Below are positions 50,297 to 60,520 of a stretch of DNA of 64,000 nt, piece after piece. Under the pieces are notes generated by a model. It did no database searches and was not told the origin of the DNA. It was given only the letters and a program-made list of their open reading frames with translations. Location: assembly GCA_963675295.2 (NCBI GenBank), contig CAXXKJ010000002.1, positions 352,001 through 416,000 on the forward strand, written 5' to 3'. The stretch is from a bacterium. GTDB lineage: Bacteria > Electryoneota > Electryoneia > Electryoneales > Electryoneaceae. Position 1 is the first letter of the stretch. The number at the start of each line of letters is the position of its first letter. The translations under genes were made by a program, and so were the position numbers.

Positions 50297-51328
50297 TTAC
50301 GGTTCAAACGTGTTCAGGAACACGTCGAGATGCCGCACGAACGCTTCTTTCTGCCGGTCGGGAGCGAACACCTTGCCGTCAACAAGATAGAGCGTTCCGT
50401 CTTTCTGCAGCAAGTACGCGACAAACGGCCCTCCGCCGATGGGGCCGTACGTTTCCCAGATCCCGTTCGCCTTGAGCGCGTCTACGCCGTTTAACGTCGT
50501 CCACGCCGTGTCGAGGATAATCGGGTTCGTGCGCGACGAATCGGTGTACGTCAATCCCAGCGTGTCACGCCAACGGATCAGCTTGTCCGCGCTGATGCTG
50601 TCCTTCGGGCCGGGCTGCCACGCGATGGTCACAAACCGATCCGGATACATCCGCCGCATCCGGATGTAATTATCCGCATCACGGCTCGATTCGGTGATGT
50701 TGTAATCGTTGGGGATGCGGATCTCCCACCCGTGCTCCTTGCGCAGGCTGTCGGCGAGGTCCTCCTGCTCGAGACGCGCGTACATCGACTTCTTCATCCG
50801 CGCGTTCCGGTCTTCGGTCAGCAGGTCATCCATCACCTCACCATTCACCCGCAGCCATTCCATCAGCTCGTCTACTGTCGGCGCAACCGCGACCACCACC
50901 GTCTGCCCACGCACCCAGACGTCTTTCTGCCGGAAGACACGCAACGTGCCGTCGAGCACACCCTGCCGCAGCTCGTCGTTCAGCATCCGCTGCACACGCT
51001 GGCTCATCGGATCGTCTTCCTCCAATGCGCCAAGCAGCACGATGTTCTGCCAACGGCTGATGAGGCCGAGCGAGTCTTCGCCGACGTACATCGTCACCCA
51101 CTGCAATTCCGGCTGCGGTGTGCTGACCACGTCCGCGAAGATGTTCTCGATCAACGGCCGCGCCATCGCATCAAGACGTCCGTCAACGCCGACGCCGAGC
51201 ATCAGGTCGCCTTCGGTCGAATTTTTCTTGAAGCTGCTGCAGCCGGTAGCGCCGGCCAGCAACAGGATCAGTCCAAGCAGCAGAAGGTGTTTGGTCAGCA
51301 GGCCCAACCGTGTGCGCGTGGCTATCAT
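50297..51328 (-). CDS. DUF4837-like lipoprotein
   Basis: Lipobox ATGC; TPQPE, DVWVRGQ, GIWE...GGPF, VFAP motifs. Confidence 0.7.
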   Translation of the reverse strand: MIATRTRLGLLTKHLLLLGLILLLAGATGCSSFKKNSTEGDLMLGVGVDGRLDAMARPLIENIFADVVSTPQPELQWVTMYVGEDSLGLISRWQNIVLLGALEEDDPMSQRVQRMLNDELRQGVLDGTLRVFRQKDVWVRGQTVVVAVAPTVDELMEWLRVNGEVMDDLLTEDRNARMKKSMYARLEQEDLADSLRKEHGWEIRIPNDYNITESSRDADNYIRMRRMYPDRFVTIAWQPGPKDSISADKLIRWRDTLGLTYTDSSRTNPIILDTAWTTLNGVDALKANGIWETYGPIGGGPFVAYLLQKDGTLYLVDGKVFAPDRQKEAFVRHLDVFLNTFEP

Positions 51329-51376
51329 GAAACCCCCACAATCAGCGTAAGATCATTGGTCTCTGTAGTAATAAAC

Positions 51377-51403
51377 AAAAAACGCCCCCGCGATGCGGGG
51401 GCG
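51377..51403 (-). terminator. Intrinsic terminator
   Basis: CGCCCCCGC-ATC-GCGGGGGCG followed by T6 on the minus strand. Confidence 0.85.
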
Positions 51404-51424
51404 GAAATCGTCACTCGGAGTTTC

Positions 51425-52243
51425 TTACGGCGCATACCAACCGGTGGCGGCATCGAAGTAGGCCCGGATGCCGAGTTCCGCAAACGCGCCGGTGAAGTCA
51501 ACCGCGATCTTGCGTGTCCGGTTGTTGTTCGCGTCCCAGACGTACGGTTCGATCGGATAGTTGCCTTCTTCGTCGAGGCTTCCGGTCAGATCTTCGTACT
51601 CGAGGTTCGGTACGTTCGCCATGCGATAGCCGATCGCGCCCGTGATACCGAACATCTCGGTCAGCATGAATTCAGCGCCGAGGGATGCGCGCAGGCCGAG
51701 GCCCGTGCCGGTGGCGTCGTAGATTGCCGGGTCGAACTCGTTCTGCGATGTGATACGGTCAATCTTGGCGTTGATCAGGCTGACACCACCGCCGACGAAC
51801 AAGTGAAAGGCGTCCCCGAACGGAATCAGGTAATGACCGGCCACATAGAACTCACCACCGGAAGCAACGTGCTCGTTCGTCGCGGTCGAGCCGTCTTCGA
51901 GGTTGGTGAAGCTGCCTTCAAACTTGTCCTGGCCGAGGTAGTTGTACCCGATGTGCCAGCGGAAGTTTTCGTGGCTGCGATACAGCAGCGCAAGGCCGCC
52001 GCCGATGCCAAGCTCGGCTTCGTTGTAGTCGTTTCGCTGGATGTTGTCGATCGGCGTGAGGAAGTAGTTATTCACATCGTCCATCGCAAACATGCTACCA
52101 CTTCCGGTAATCTGGATACCGAACTTGTGGGGCAGTTCAACGCGTTCGGTCTGGAAAATCGAAATGTCGCTTCCTGCGGATGCCAGGCCTGCAAAAATGA
52201 GCACACCGACGATCATCCCCGCCAGCAGTCCATGACCCTTCAT
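51425..52243 (-). CDS. Outer-membrane beta-barrel protein
   Basis: Signal peptide; alternating amphipathic strands; ELGIRAYF near the C-terminus. Confidence 0.7.
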   Translation of the reverse strand: MKGHGLLAGMIVGVLIFAGLASAGSDISIFQTERVELPHKFGIQITGSGSMFAMDDVNNYFLTPIDNIQRNDYNEAELGIGGGLALLYRSHENFRWHIGYNYLGQDKFEGSFTNLEDGSTATNEHVASGGEFYVAGHYLIPFGDAFHLFVGGGVSLINAKIDRITSQNEFDPAIYDATGTGLGLRASLGAEFMLTEMFGITGAIGYRMANVPNLEYEDLTGSLDEEGNYPIEPYVWDANNNRTRKIAVDFTGAFAELGIRAYFDAATGWYAP

Positions 52244-52348
52244 ACTGGATCGCCTCCCAATCATCTGCGGCGCCATCGTAGGTAGAATGATGTGTCCTCC
52301 CCGGCCCCGCCGGCGCCTCTCCGGGGCATGTCTGGAAACTCGCTCAAG

Positions 52349-53407
52349 TTAGGTTTCGGTTGCGGACTTTGCAACCAGTTGAGTGACCTTACGAACACCG
52401 CGTGCATACGCGAAGAGAATCGATCCAGGGTACACAACATGACCCAATTGGCGCCAGTGAACTTTCCGTAATTCTTGAATATGACGGCGTTTTGATTGGT
52501 TGCGCTTCCATGCCCGGGCGAAGTCTCTCCACGCTGCCATCACTGCGGTGAATCTGCCGGGGTGCCCCCGGAGAGCCTCCACCACTCCGATTCCGTGGTC
52601 GAAGACCAGCCTCGCGAGCAACAATCCGGGCAGGTCGAACTTGTCCGCGTTCTTCAAAATCATGAACAGGCTGTTGCGGTGGTTGAGGTACATTTTGTTC
52701 CAGGATTCGTACGCCAGCGTCGACCCGCCGAGGTGATACACCGTCCCGTGCGGAGCAGACGCCACCTTCCATCCGCGCAGCCACGCTCGCCACGAGAGGT
52801 CGATCTCCTCCTGGTGCGCGAAGAAGTCCTCGTCCAGCAGCCCGATGTCCTTGAGCGTCGATCGCCGCCACAGGCACGCCGTCCCGCTCGCCCAGAAGAT
52901 CTCGCGCGGCTCGTTGTACTGTCCGGTGTCCTCCTCCATGTCGCCGCCGATCCGGCCGTAGGCGAACGGGTATCCGAAACGGTCGATCAACCCGCCCGCG
53001 CCGCCGGCATAGTCAAACATGCCATGGTTGTGATGCGAGAGGATTTTCGGCTGTACCGCGGCGATCTGCGGTGAACTCATCGCCACGTCCAGCATCGCCT
53101 CGACCACGCCCGGCACCAGCCGCACATCATCGTTCAGCAGCCACACCCAGTCGCCGTTGGAGGCTTCGATCCCACGGTTGCAGCCGCCGGCATAGCCATG
53201 ATTCTTCGTCAGCCGCAGCACATGAATCCACGGGTGCGCCTTTTCCGCATCCCGGACCGAACCGTCGGTGGACGCATTATCCACAACCAGCACCTCGAGC
53301 GCGACCCCGCGTTGCAGCAAACGTTTCCGTTCGTCAGCGAGGTCGGTCAACGTGTTCAGCAGGATTTCGTGGCCCTGCAGGTGCGGTATGATGACGGTGA
53401 TCAGCAT
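52349..53407 (-). CDS. GT2 glycosyltransferase
   Basis: VVDNASTDGS, NHGYAGGCN, LLNDD, FAHQEEIDL. Confidence 0.9.
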   Translation of the reverse strand: MLITVIIPHLQGHEILLNTLTDLADERKRLLQRGVALEVLVVDNASTDGSVRDAEKAHPWIHVLRLTKNHGYAGGCNRGIEASNGDWVWLLNDDVRLVPGVVEAMLDVAMSSPQIAAVQPKILSHHNHGMFDYAGGAGGLIDRFGYPFAYGRIGGDMEEDTGQYNEPREIFWASGTACLWRRSTLKDIGLLDEDFFAHQEEIDLSWRAWLRGWKVASAPHGTVYHLGGSTLAYESWNKMYLNHRNSLFMILKNADKFDLPGLLLARLVFDHGIGVVEALRGHPGRFTAVMAAWRDFARAWKRNQSKRRHIQELRKVHWRQLGHVVYPGSILFAYARGVRKVTQLVAKSATET

Positions 53408-53539
53408 GGTTTGTCGTGCACGTGGTACGCTGGGTTTTGCCTGTGATTGACGTTTGGTTCTACTCTGATTGCCGTTGAGTTCTACTGCAATTGACGCCGG
53501 GCTCTGCTACTGGCTAACGTAAGGAAAGGTCACAAGCAC

Positions 53540-53806
53540 GTGCCCGTGCTGGCTCTGACGACGCGGCTCATTCACATGTTCCTATCCCGATGCCCGCGGG
53601 AGCTTGTCTACTGCGGATCATCCGCCACTCTCGTGTTCGGGTCAAGGACATGTGCCCCTGATGGCTCGGCCAGCAGGGCTTATCTGTCGGTCAATCATCG
53701 TACTGGTTTCGTGCCCCAGACATTCATGTCTGGGCACACCCGACCGTTCAATCCCTGATGCCCGCGGGAGGTTTCCTACCGCGGATCATCCATTAGCCCA
53801 CAGCCT
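53540..53806 (+). repeat. Array of 5 REP-like hairpins (G, E, A, B, E)
   Basis: Units at 53540, 53590, 53652, 53711 and 53758. Confidence 0.9.
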
Positions 53807-53808
53807 GC

Positions 53809-56800
53809 CTAGTGATCCCGATCCGGTGCCGCGCTGATGTCGACCCCTTCCGGTAACGTCCCGCCCCACTGTTGCAGCAGACGTCCGGCTTCGCCGTCAT
53901 GCGGATTCCGTTCCAGCCACCGTTCGAGGGTCCGCTGCACCTTCTGCGAATCGTCCATGCTCTGGTATGCCTGCAGCAGGCTGCCGAACACTTCCCCGTT
54001 ATCCGGTTGTTCGTTGGCGAGCTCTTCGTACAGCGTCGCAGCCTTCTGGTATTCATCCAGCGTGAAGTAGAACGTGCCCAGGTCGAGCTTATCCTGTAGT
54101 GTCAGGTTGTTCCGCGATTCCATCTCGGTCAGCACTTCAGTGAGCCGGCCCATCATGCCCAGCCGTTCATAGATCGCCGCCGCGCCGAACAGCACGTCGA
54201 TGCTGTTGTCATCTTCCAGCACCTGTTGCACCAACTGATCCGTACGTGTCGAGTCGCCGGAGTATTCGCCGATGTAGTACGCGATCTGCAGCTGGCCGGA
54301 GATGTCGCCGCTGAGCTGTTCGATCGCATGCTCGAAATACTTCAGCCCGGCTGTGCTGTCGCCGAGTTCGTAGTAGATCCTCCCGATCTGCAGCGACACG
54401 TCCCGGTTGTTCTGCGGCACCGCATCCAGCGTGATGTACTCGTCCATCTTGCGCAACGTGAACAGTGCCTTTTCCGCCGGAGTCAGCTCGTCAAATCGTT
54501 GTTCCCACTGTTCGTCCGGCACGCCGCTCGGTGTCCGCACCCCGGACCGCTCCATCTCCCGGTAGTAGCTATACACCAGTTGCAGGAACCCGCTGCGGTA
54601 ATTCTGCAGCAGCTTGATCACGTTGTCGAAGTAATACACATCCGGGTTGTCGAGGTTGCGATAGTTGTCCTTATACGTTTCGAACAGGTTCTTCCGCAAC
54701 GCCGGTTCGTTGATCTCCGGCACTTCCTCGCTGTGCAGCCGGAATAGCAGACCTTCCATCGTCATGTAATCATCCAGCCCGACGAGGTTGCTGCCGGAAA
54801 CGGTCACCGCGAAGTAGATCGGCCGTTGCCACCGGTTCTGCTCGATGATGTGCAGAATCATGATGTCCTGCACCCGCAGGAAGTTCGGCTCACCCGGCTG
54901 TTCGCCTGGCATGCCGGTGGGGATGTGCATCGTCGCCGGCACTCGCCAGGTCATCGTGTCACCGCGTGCGCCGCGCACGCTCCACGTCTGCGCATCCGGC
55001 GGCCAGTACCGCGCCAGCAGGGCTTCGTCCGACAAGCCGGTCAATCGTTCGTCGATCATCCGGTCAGACAGCGAGATGGGCACTTTCGGCTCTTCATCCC
55101 GCAGCTGCTTGATGTACCAGTCGGTGTTCAACAGGCTGAGGTTGACCACACGGACATCCGTGCGAATTCCTTCCACCACCTGCAGGTACCACAACGGGAA
55201 GGTGTCGTTGTCACCGTTGGTGAAGATGATCGCGTCCTGCTCAGCGGTTTCCAGCATGTTGTGGCTGTAGTCCCAGGCGACAAAATTCCCCGCACGGCTG
55301 TGCGATTCATAATTCGCCAGCACCATGTTGATCGGCACCAGCACCGTGCATGCGATCACTGACCCGTACGCGAACACTTTCTTCAGGCTGGTGTTTTCCT
55401 TGTTCCGGATCATGTCCTCGAGGAACTCATACAGCGCCGCGACCCCCATCCCGATCCACAGGGAAAAGGCGAAGAATGAGCCGACGTAGGCGTAATCTCG
55501 CTCACGTGGCTGCGGGTTGTCCTGGTTCAGGTAGAACACAATCGCGATGCCGGTCATCAGGAACAGCAGCCCGACACTGAACGCCCGCTTCGGATCTCGC
55601 CAGAAATGCCAGATCATCCCCAGCAGCCCGAACAGGAACGGGAACACCAGCGGTTTTCCTTCCTCGCTGATGAAGTATTGCCACGACAAATACCGGATGT
55701 ACATCTGGTTGATCTGGTACTCCCACAACGGGGCGTTACGTTCGAGGATATGCAGCCGCAGCACATTGCCGCCGCCGAGTGGAATCAGCGCCGCGCCGTC
55801 GTCCTGCAACCGGCGGATCGTGTTCGCGGAATAGTTTTCCAGCGCCACCGGCCCGACCGCGCCGTACTGTTCACGGTTGAGGTACTTGATCAGCCGTTCC
55901 ACCGTGTCCGGCTGGTTTTCGTTGATCACCGGGTTGAGGTTGGAACGGACATAGATAATCGCGTAGGTCGAATAGCCAATCAACACCAGCACCAGGCTGG
56001 CGAGGATGATCGCCATCAGGCTGCGGCGTTTCCGGATCGCCCAGACGGTTCCGCCGATGATCACCAGCAGCACCAGCGCCTTCCAGATCACGCCGGCTTC
56101 CAGCAGCTTCGGAACACCACCGACCACGCCTGGATACACCACCAGGATCGCCGCCATCGAAATGGCCATCGCGATGATGAAGCCCTTCCATGTGAACTTG
56201 TATTTCTGGAAATACAGCAGCATGATGATCGGGCTCAACGCCAGCACGTTCAGCAGGTGAATCCCGATCGCGACGCCGACGAAATAGGAGATCAGCAACA
56301 AATATTTCGTTGCCATCGGGGTGTCATGCTGGTCCATCCACCGTACCGCGAGCCAGAACACCAGCGCGGTGAAAAACATCGAGATCGCGTACACCTCCGC
56401 CTCGACAGCATTAAACCAGAAGCTGTGGCTGAAGGCGAATGCGAGTGCGCCGGTAACACCGGAGCCGTAAAGCACCCACTTGTCGGCAGTGCTGGTTTCC
56501 GGCCCACGCCAGCGCCGAACCAGCCGTACCACGATCAGGTAGGTCAGCAGCACGGTCACCGCGCTGAGGATCACCGACAGCGCGTTGACACGCATGCCGA
56601 TGTCCGGCAGCGGCATGAACAGGCTCATCATCCGGCCGAGGATCAGATAAAAAGGTGCGCCGGGCGGGTGGGGGACGCCCATGGAATAGGAACAGGCGAT
56701 GAACTCACCACAGTCCCAGAACGATGTGGTCGGCGCCATGGTGCTGAAGTACAGAATCAGGGCCAGCAGTAGCACGGCACCGGCGATAATCCGATGGACG

Positions 56801-56847
56801 CGCGGATTGACAGATGTGCCCGAAAGGGCCGGGCGCGGGTCGCTCAC
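53809..56847 (-). CDS. DUF2723 (TMEM260-like) membrane glycosyltransferase with C-terminal TPRs
   Basis: SFWDCGEF, HPPGAP, AVEAEVY, YLNREQYG, PQPRERDY, GDNDTFPLWY; TPR-like helical tail. Confidence 0.88.
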   Translation of the reverse strand: MSDPRPALSGTSVNPRVHRIIAGAVLLLALILYFSTMAPTTSFWDCGEFIACSYSMGVPHPPGAPFYLILGRMMSLFMPLPDIGMRVNALSVILSAVTVLLTYLIVVRLVRRWRGPETSTADKWVLYGSGVTGALAFAFSHSFWFNAVEAEVYAISMFFTALVFWLAVRWMDQHDTPMATKYLLLISYFVGVAIGIHLLNVLALSPIIMLLYFQKYKFTWKGFIIAMAISMAAILVVYPGVVGGVPKLLEAGVIWKALVLLVIIGGTVWAIRKRRSLMAIILASLVLVLIGYSTYAIIYVRSNLNPVINENQPDTVERLIKYLNREQYGAVGPVALENYSANTIRRLQDDGAALIPLGGGNVLRLHILERNAPLWEYQINQMYIRYLSWQYFISEEGKPLVFPFLFGLLGMIWHFWRDPKRAFSVGLLFLMTGIAIVFYLNQDNPQPRERDYAYVGSFFAFSLWIGMGVAALYEFLEDMIRNKENTSLKKVFAYGSVIACTVLVPINMVLANYESHSRAGNFVAWDYSHNMLETAEQDAIIFTNGDNDTFPLWYLQVVEGIRTDVRVVNLSLLNTDWYIKQLRDEEPKVPISLSDRMIDERLTGLSDEALLARYWPPDAQTWSVRGARGDTMTWRVPATMHIPTGMPGEQPGEPNFLRVQDIMILHIIEQNRWQRPIYFAVTVSGSNLVGLDDYMTMEGLLFRLHSEEVPEINEPALRKNLFETYKDNYRNLDNPDVYYFDNVIKLLQNYRSGFLQLVYSYYREMERSGVRTPSGVPDEQWEQRFDELTPAEKALFTLRKMDEYITLDAVPQNNRDVSLQIGRIYYELGDSTAGLKYFEHAIEQLSGDISGQLQIAYYIGEYSGDSTRTDQLVQQVLEDDNSIDVLFGAAAIYERLGMMGRLTEVLTEMESRNNLTLQDKLDLGTFYFTLDEYQKAATLYEELANEQPDNGEVFGSLLQAYQSMDDSQKVQRTLERWLERNPHDGEAGRLLQQWGGTLPEGVDISAAPDRDH

Positions 56848-57032
56848 AAGTGTTTCCTCGGCAAAATGGACAAGACTGGTAATATCACGCCCTTGGTTGG
56901 CGGGAGCAAGGCTCTCCGGCATGTCGCACTCGCGGTGCTTGCATAGTCAACATGCCGTTGAACACGCCCCTGTGACCCGCCGGGCTGTTTCGGCGGTTCG
57001 CAGGGCGACTCCGCAAGTACTCGACGGAGCGT

Positions 57033-57265
57033 ATGCCCCGACGGCAGAAGGGCTCGTCGGGCTGATCCACCCGTTCAATCTCTGAGGTGGCTCGTCCGCC
57101 GGTACCCACCCCGATGCCCGCGGGAGCTTCTGTATGCTACCGCGGCTCATCCGTCAAACGATGCAGTGAGGTCAATCTGCAGGGCCAGGCGCGATTGCAT
57201 GGACCCGAGAGACGAAAGACATTTGCATGGACCCGAGAGACGAAAGCTAAGAGACAAGAGACGGA
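57033..57265 (+). repeat. Two REP-like hairpins plus 2 x TTGCATGGACCCGAGAGACGAAAG direct repeat
   Basis: Units at 57033 (D) and 57114 (E); duplicated 24-mer at ~57195 and ~57223. Confidence 0.8.
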
Positions 57266-57480
57266 TTCCCCTGGTGCCCGTGATTGTCCGCCGGTCTGTT
57301 TCGGCGGCTATCGCGGGTCAACCGTTCACGCCATGCGTCCCCTCAACCACCGACCACCGACCACAGATAACCGCCTTCACGCCACCGCCCCTCCTCGCCG
57401 GGCGTTGTACGCCCGCTGAGCTCCGACTACTTTAAAAGGAGATACGCGGAAGTATACGGACGGTTCGCACGGAGTCTCTG

Positions 57481-58974
57481 GTGAGAGGTCGAGTACTGAT
57501 CGAGCTGATGCTCGCGTTGTTGGTTGGAGTCGGATCCGCCCTCGCGGATGCGGACGGTCCTCCGGACGGATTCGCTGGCAACCCGCCGAACATGACCACC
57601 TGCATCGCCTGCCACGACACCTATCCGCTCAACAGCGGGATCGGCGGCGTGCTGCCCGGCGGGATCTCCACCCAGTACATCCCCAGCCACTTGTACAACC
57701 TCAACGTGCTCGTCGGCTATGTCGGCCGCGAACACTGGGGCTACCAGATGACGATCCTCAACGCCGACGGCGAATCGGCGGGGATCTTTCTGCACGCCGA
57801 CAGCTTGAGCACCATTTCCGACCATCCCGTCCCTGAGCAGGATTTCATCGGCCAGAGCGAGCTCGGTGTCTTACCGGGTCAGGAATACGCACGTTGGTAT
57901 TTCGACTGGTATTCCCCGCCGGAGGATTCCGGTCCGCTGACGTTGTACGTCGTCGGTGTGGCCGCGGACGGTGACGGCACTCCGGCCAACGACTACGTCT
58001 ACGCCTATTCCGCGGCCTTGCAGGAAATCAGCGGCGGATTTTCCGGCCCGGCAGCCTACACCGACACCACCCGGCACGATTACCGCCTTGTCCCGGTCAA
58101 CACCACCCGCAGCTGGACCGAACGGCTGTACAGCGTGGGCACGGACAACCTTGTCATCAACGGCTGGGACTGGTTCAACGACCAGTATTTTACGGTGCTC
58201 GAGCCCGCCGGCCCGATCACCCTCGTACCCGGCGACTGGACCGATGTCACCATCGAGTTCGCGCCCGTGCTGACCGGATCGTGGTCCGACAGCCTGTGGT
58301 TTGATTTCGCGGGTAACGTTGACTTCGGCGCGTTCGCCGTTCAGGGACGCGGCACCTTCCCGTTGCCACCAGAGGAATTTCACCTCGTGTCGCCGGAAGA
58401 TGGGGAGCACGTCGCCGGCGATTCCCTGCGTTTCCACTGGACCCCGACCACCAACCCGGACTCGTCGAACACCGTCGTCGATTTCGCCGTCGAAATCGAC
58501 ACCGAATCCGATTTCAGCAGCAGCATGTTCTACGAAGCCGGGCACGACACCACGCTAGCCCTGCCGATGGTTGAATTTCAGTTAAATGATCTCTATTTCT
58601 GGCGGGTGCTGGCACGGGATACGAACACCGGGGGCCGGTATTCGGACGAGGAGTGGGTGTTTATCCCGAGTCTCTCGGCGGTCATCGAAACGGGGCCATC
58701 CGCGCGGACGGACAGCCCCATTCGTGTGAACACCTGGCCGAATCCATCAAACGACCGGGCGGTGGTTACTTTCGAGCTCCCCCGTGCCATGCCGGTGGAG
58801 GTGGCGGTGTATGATATCGCTGGCCGCCTCGTATCGGTTCTCCACTCGGGTCCGATGGCCGCGGGACGGCAAACCATTGTCTGGACGGGAACTCATCCGA
58901 GTGGCCTCTACTTGCTCCGTCTGACTGCTCCAGGTATTTCGCCCGTGCACGCGAAAATGATCGTGCTGAAGTAG
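57481..58974 (+). CDS. Secreted Reeler-like (choice-of-anchor V-like) protein with Ig/FN3-like domains and T9SS-like CTD
   Basis: Signal peptide; TCIACH; FDWYSPP; CTD WPNPSN...SGLYLLRL...KMIVLK. Confidence 0.8.
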   Translation: MRGRVLIELMLALLVGVGSALADADGPPDGFAGNPPNMTTCIACHDTYPLNSGIGGVLPGGISTQYIPSHLYNLNVLVGYVGREHWGYQMTILNADGESAGIFLHADSLSTISDHPVPEQDFIGQSELGVLPGQEYARWYFDWYSPPEDSGPLTLYVVGVAADGDGTPANDYVYAYSAALQEISGGFSGPAAYTDTTRHDYRLVPVNTTRSWTERLYSVGTDNLVINGWDWFNDQYFTVLEPAGPITLVPGDWTDVTIEFAPVLTGSWSDSLWFDFAGNVDFGAFAVQGRGTFPLPPEEFHLVSPEDGEHVAGDSLRFHWTPTTNPDSSNTVVDFAVEIDTESDFSSSMFYEAGHDTTLALPMVEFQLNDLYFWRVLARDTNTGGRYSDEEWVFIPSLSAVIETGPSARTDSPIRVNTWPNPSNDRAVVTFELPRAMPVEVAVYDIAGRLVSVLHSGPMAAGRQTIVWTGTHPSGLYLLRLTAPGISPVHAKMIVLK

Positions 58975-59500
58975 AGCGTTCGCCGAGCTGGTTGAAGTAA
59001 TCGCGGCCGTTTACCCAGCCAGACGGTGGGAAATCCTTGTCGTAGTCGAAGCTGCGTCCACGCGCGAATGGCGCACGCGGCACAAGCCGTTCGCCCTGCA
59101 TCGGCACCAGGTTGCCGTCTTCGTCCAGCACGAACGTCTTCCCGTTGCTCGGATAGGTGTACGTGCGCGACGTTCCGTCGATATACTGCACCGTGAAGTC
59201 GCCCTCACCGTCCTCGGCGTCCATCACCTGAATCTCGCTCTCGCCGATGGTGGTGGTCACGCTCGTACCATTCCCCGAGACCGCAACCGCGCCGGACGTT
59301 CCCCCCGAACCGGTGGAATAACTGTAGCTGTAGCTTCCGTCCGCTTCGGTGGCCGCCTCAGACGTGGACGAGCCGCTGACGGACTGCGACCTCGACGAGC
59401 TGCTGACGGCGGTGCTGGAGCTCGAGGACGTGCCCGCGCAGGCGACGAACAGGACCGCCACGAACACCGTCACCACTGGTAGCCAGACTGCTTTTCTCAT
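58766..59500 (-). CDS. Ser-rich lipoprotein (3' end uncertain, overlaps the convergent gene)
   Basis: Lipobox FVAC followed by a Ser/Thr-rich linker. Confidence 0.6.
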   Translation of the reverse strand: MRKAVWLPVVTVFVAVLFVACAGTSSSSSTAVSSSSRSQSVSGSSTSEAATEADGSYSYSYSTGSGGTSGAVAVSGNGTSVTTTIGESEIQVMDAEDGEGDFTVQYIDGTSRTYTYPSNGKTFVLDEDGNLVPMQGERLVPRAPFARGRSFDYDKDFPPSGWVNGRDYFNQLGERSTSARSFSRARAKYLEQSDGASRGHSDEFPSRQWFAVPRPSDPSGEPIRGGQRYHTPPPPPAWHGGARK

Positions 59501-59601
59501 CCTGCCCTCCGGACTTCCTGACCCGTTACACAGGCTACGACAACCGCCACACGGATTTGTTACAGCCCGTCACGTCTGATTCTCGAGAGCCCGGTGCCCT
59601 G

Positions 59602-59772
59602 GTGCCCCTGATGGCTCCGCCAGCAGGGATTATTCGCAGATGGTGTATTCGGGTCCGTGTGGCCCGGCTTGGTCTGTGTGGCCAATTGGTCGTGTGTCCA
59701 AGCGGTCGAGTGCCCCGACGGCAGAAGAGCTCGTCGGGATTATCCACCCTTGGATCTCAGCCCGCAGCCCGT
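59602..59772 (+). repeat. Two REP-like hairpins (A, D) plus CAGCCCG heptamers
   Basis: Units at 59602 and 59710. Confidence 0.85.
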
Positions 59773-59773
59773 T

Positions 59774-60364
59774 TTACAGCGCCGCCCTAAGGTGACTCAT
59801 GGTCAGATCGTCCCCGCCGGCGTCATCGAACCACCGCACAACACGCCAGCCACCGTCCTGCTCCCGTTTCAGGGTCAGGTCGGCGACACCTGCGTACAAA
59901 CGTGGCAGGGTCTCGTTGGCTGGTGCGATCTCGAGAGTGTAGCTCTCACGGAACACGGCGGAGTCGGCGAACGACACTTCCTCGATCGGGGTGAAGGTCA
60001 GCGTGGCCGTCGAATCCGGCGGCAGCAGGGTGGAGGAAAGCAGCGACCGGATGAACACATCCTCGCGGGTGTAGGTCCAGTCGTCGAAATAAGCGGGGTC
60101 TTCGGAGAATGCGGACGGCGTCGCGGCAAACTCGAACGTCTCGGAGATCGCCGTCAGGTACAGGTTCGGATCGTGCAACGTGATCGCGGATTCCAGCTGG
60201 ATCAATGCTTCGGTCGGGCTGAGCGCGAGGTTGTCGGACGCCTGCGAGCCTGTCGGCGACTCCGGATCCCGCGTTTCGAATAACCCACATCCGCTCACCA
60301 CCACCAGCAGCAGCATGGTTCCCGCCAGCCGCACGACCCGAGCGGCCCGTGCCCGTGGAATCAT
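59774..60364 (-). CDS. Hypothetical lipoprotein
   Basis: Lipobox VSGC-GLFETRDPE; C-terminal W.VVRWFD. Confidence 0.7.
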   Translation of the reverse strand: MIPRARAARVVRLAGTMLLLVVVSGCGLFETRDPESPTGSQASDNLALSPTEALIQLESAITLHDPNLYLTAISETFEFAATPSAFSEDPAYFDDWTYTREDVFIRSLLSSTLLPPDSTATLTFTPIEEVSFADSAVFRESYTLEIAPANETLPRLYAGVADLTLKREQDGGWRVVRWFDDAGGDDLTMSHLRAAL

Positions 60365-60520
60365 GCGTATGCCACACCGCGTGCGGTCAGCCTGCTTTCC
60401 ACCATGCCCGGCTGGAAAGTGTGTTGTCCATGTTCTCTTCATGACATCAAGATACACAACAAAACCCGCGCACCTCGAAATCCTGTTCTCCTTCCCCCAG
60501 AATCCGTGTGACAACCAATC

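Noticed and set aside
53540-53791. Repeat clusters as CRISPR arrays
   Set aside because: Adjacent units differ in sequence, linkers are short and recur between clusters, and no cas genes or leader are present.
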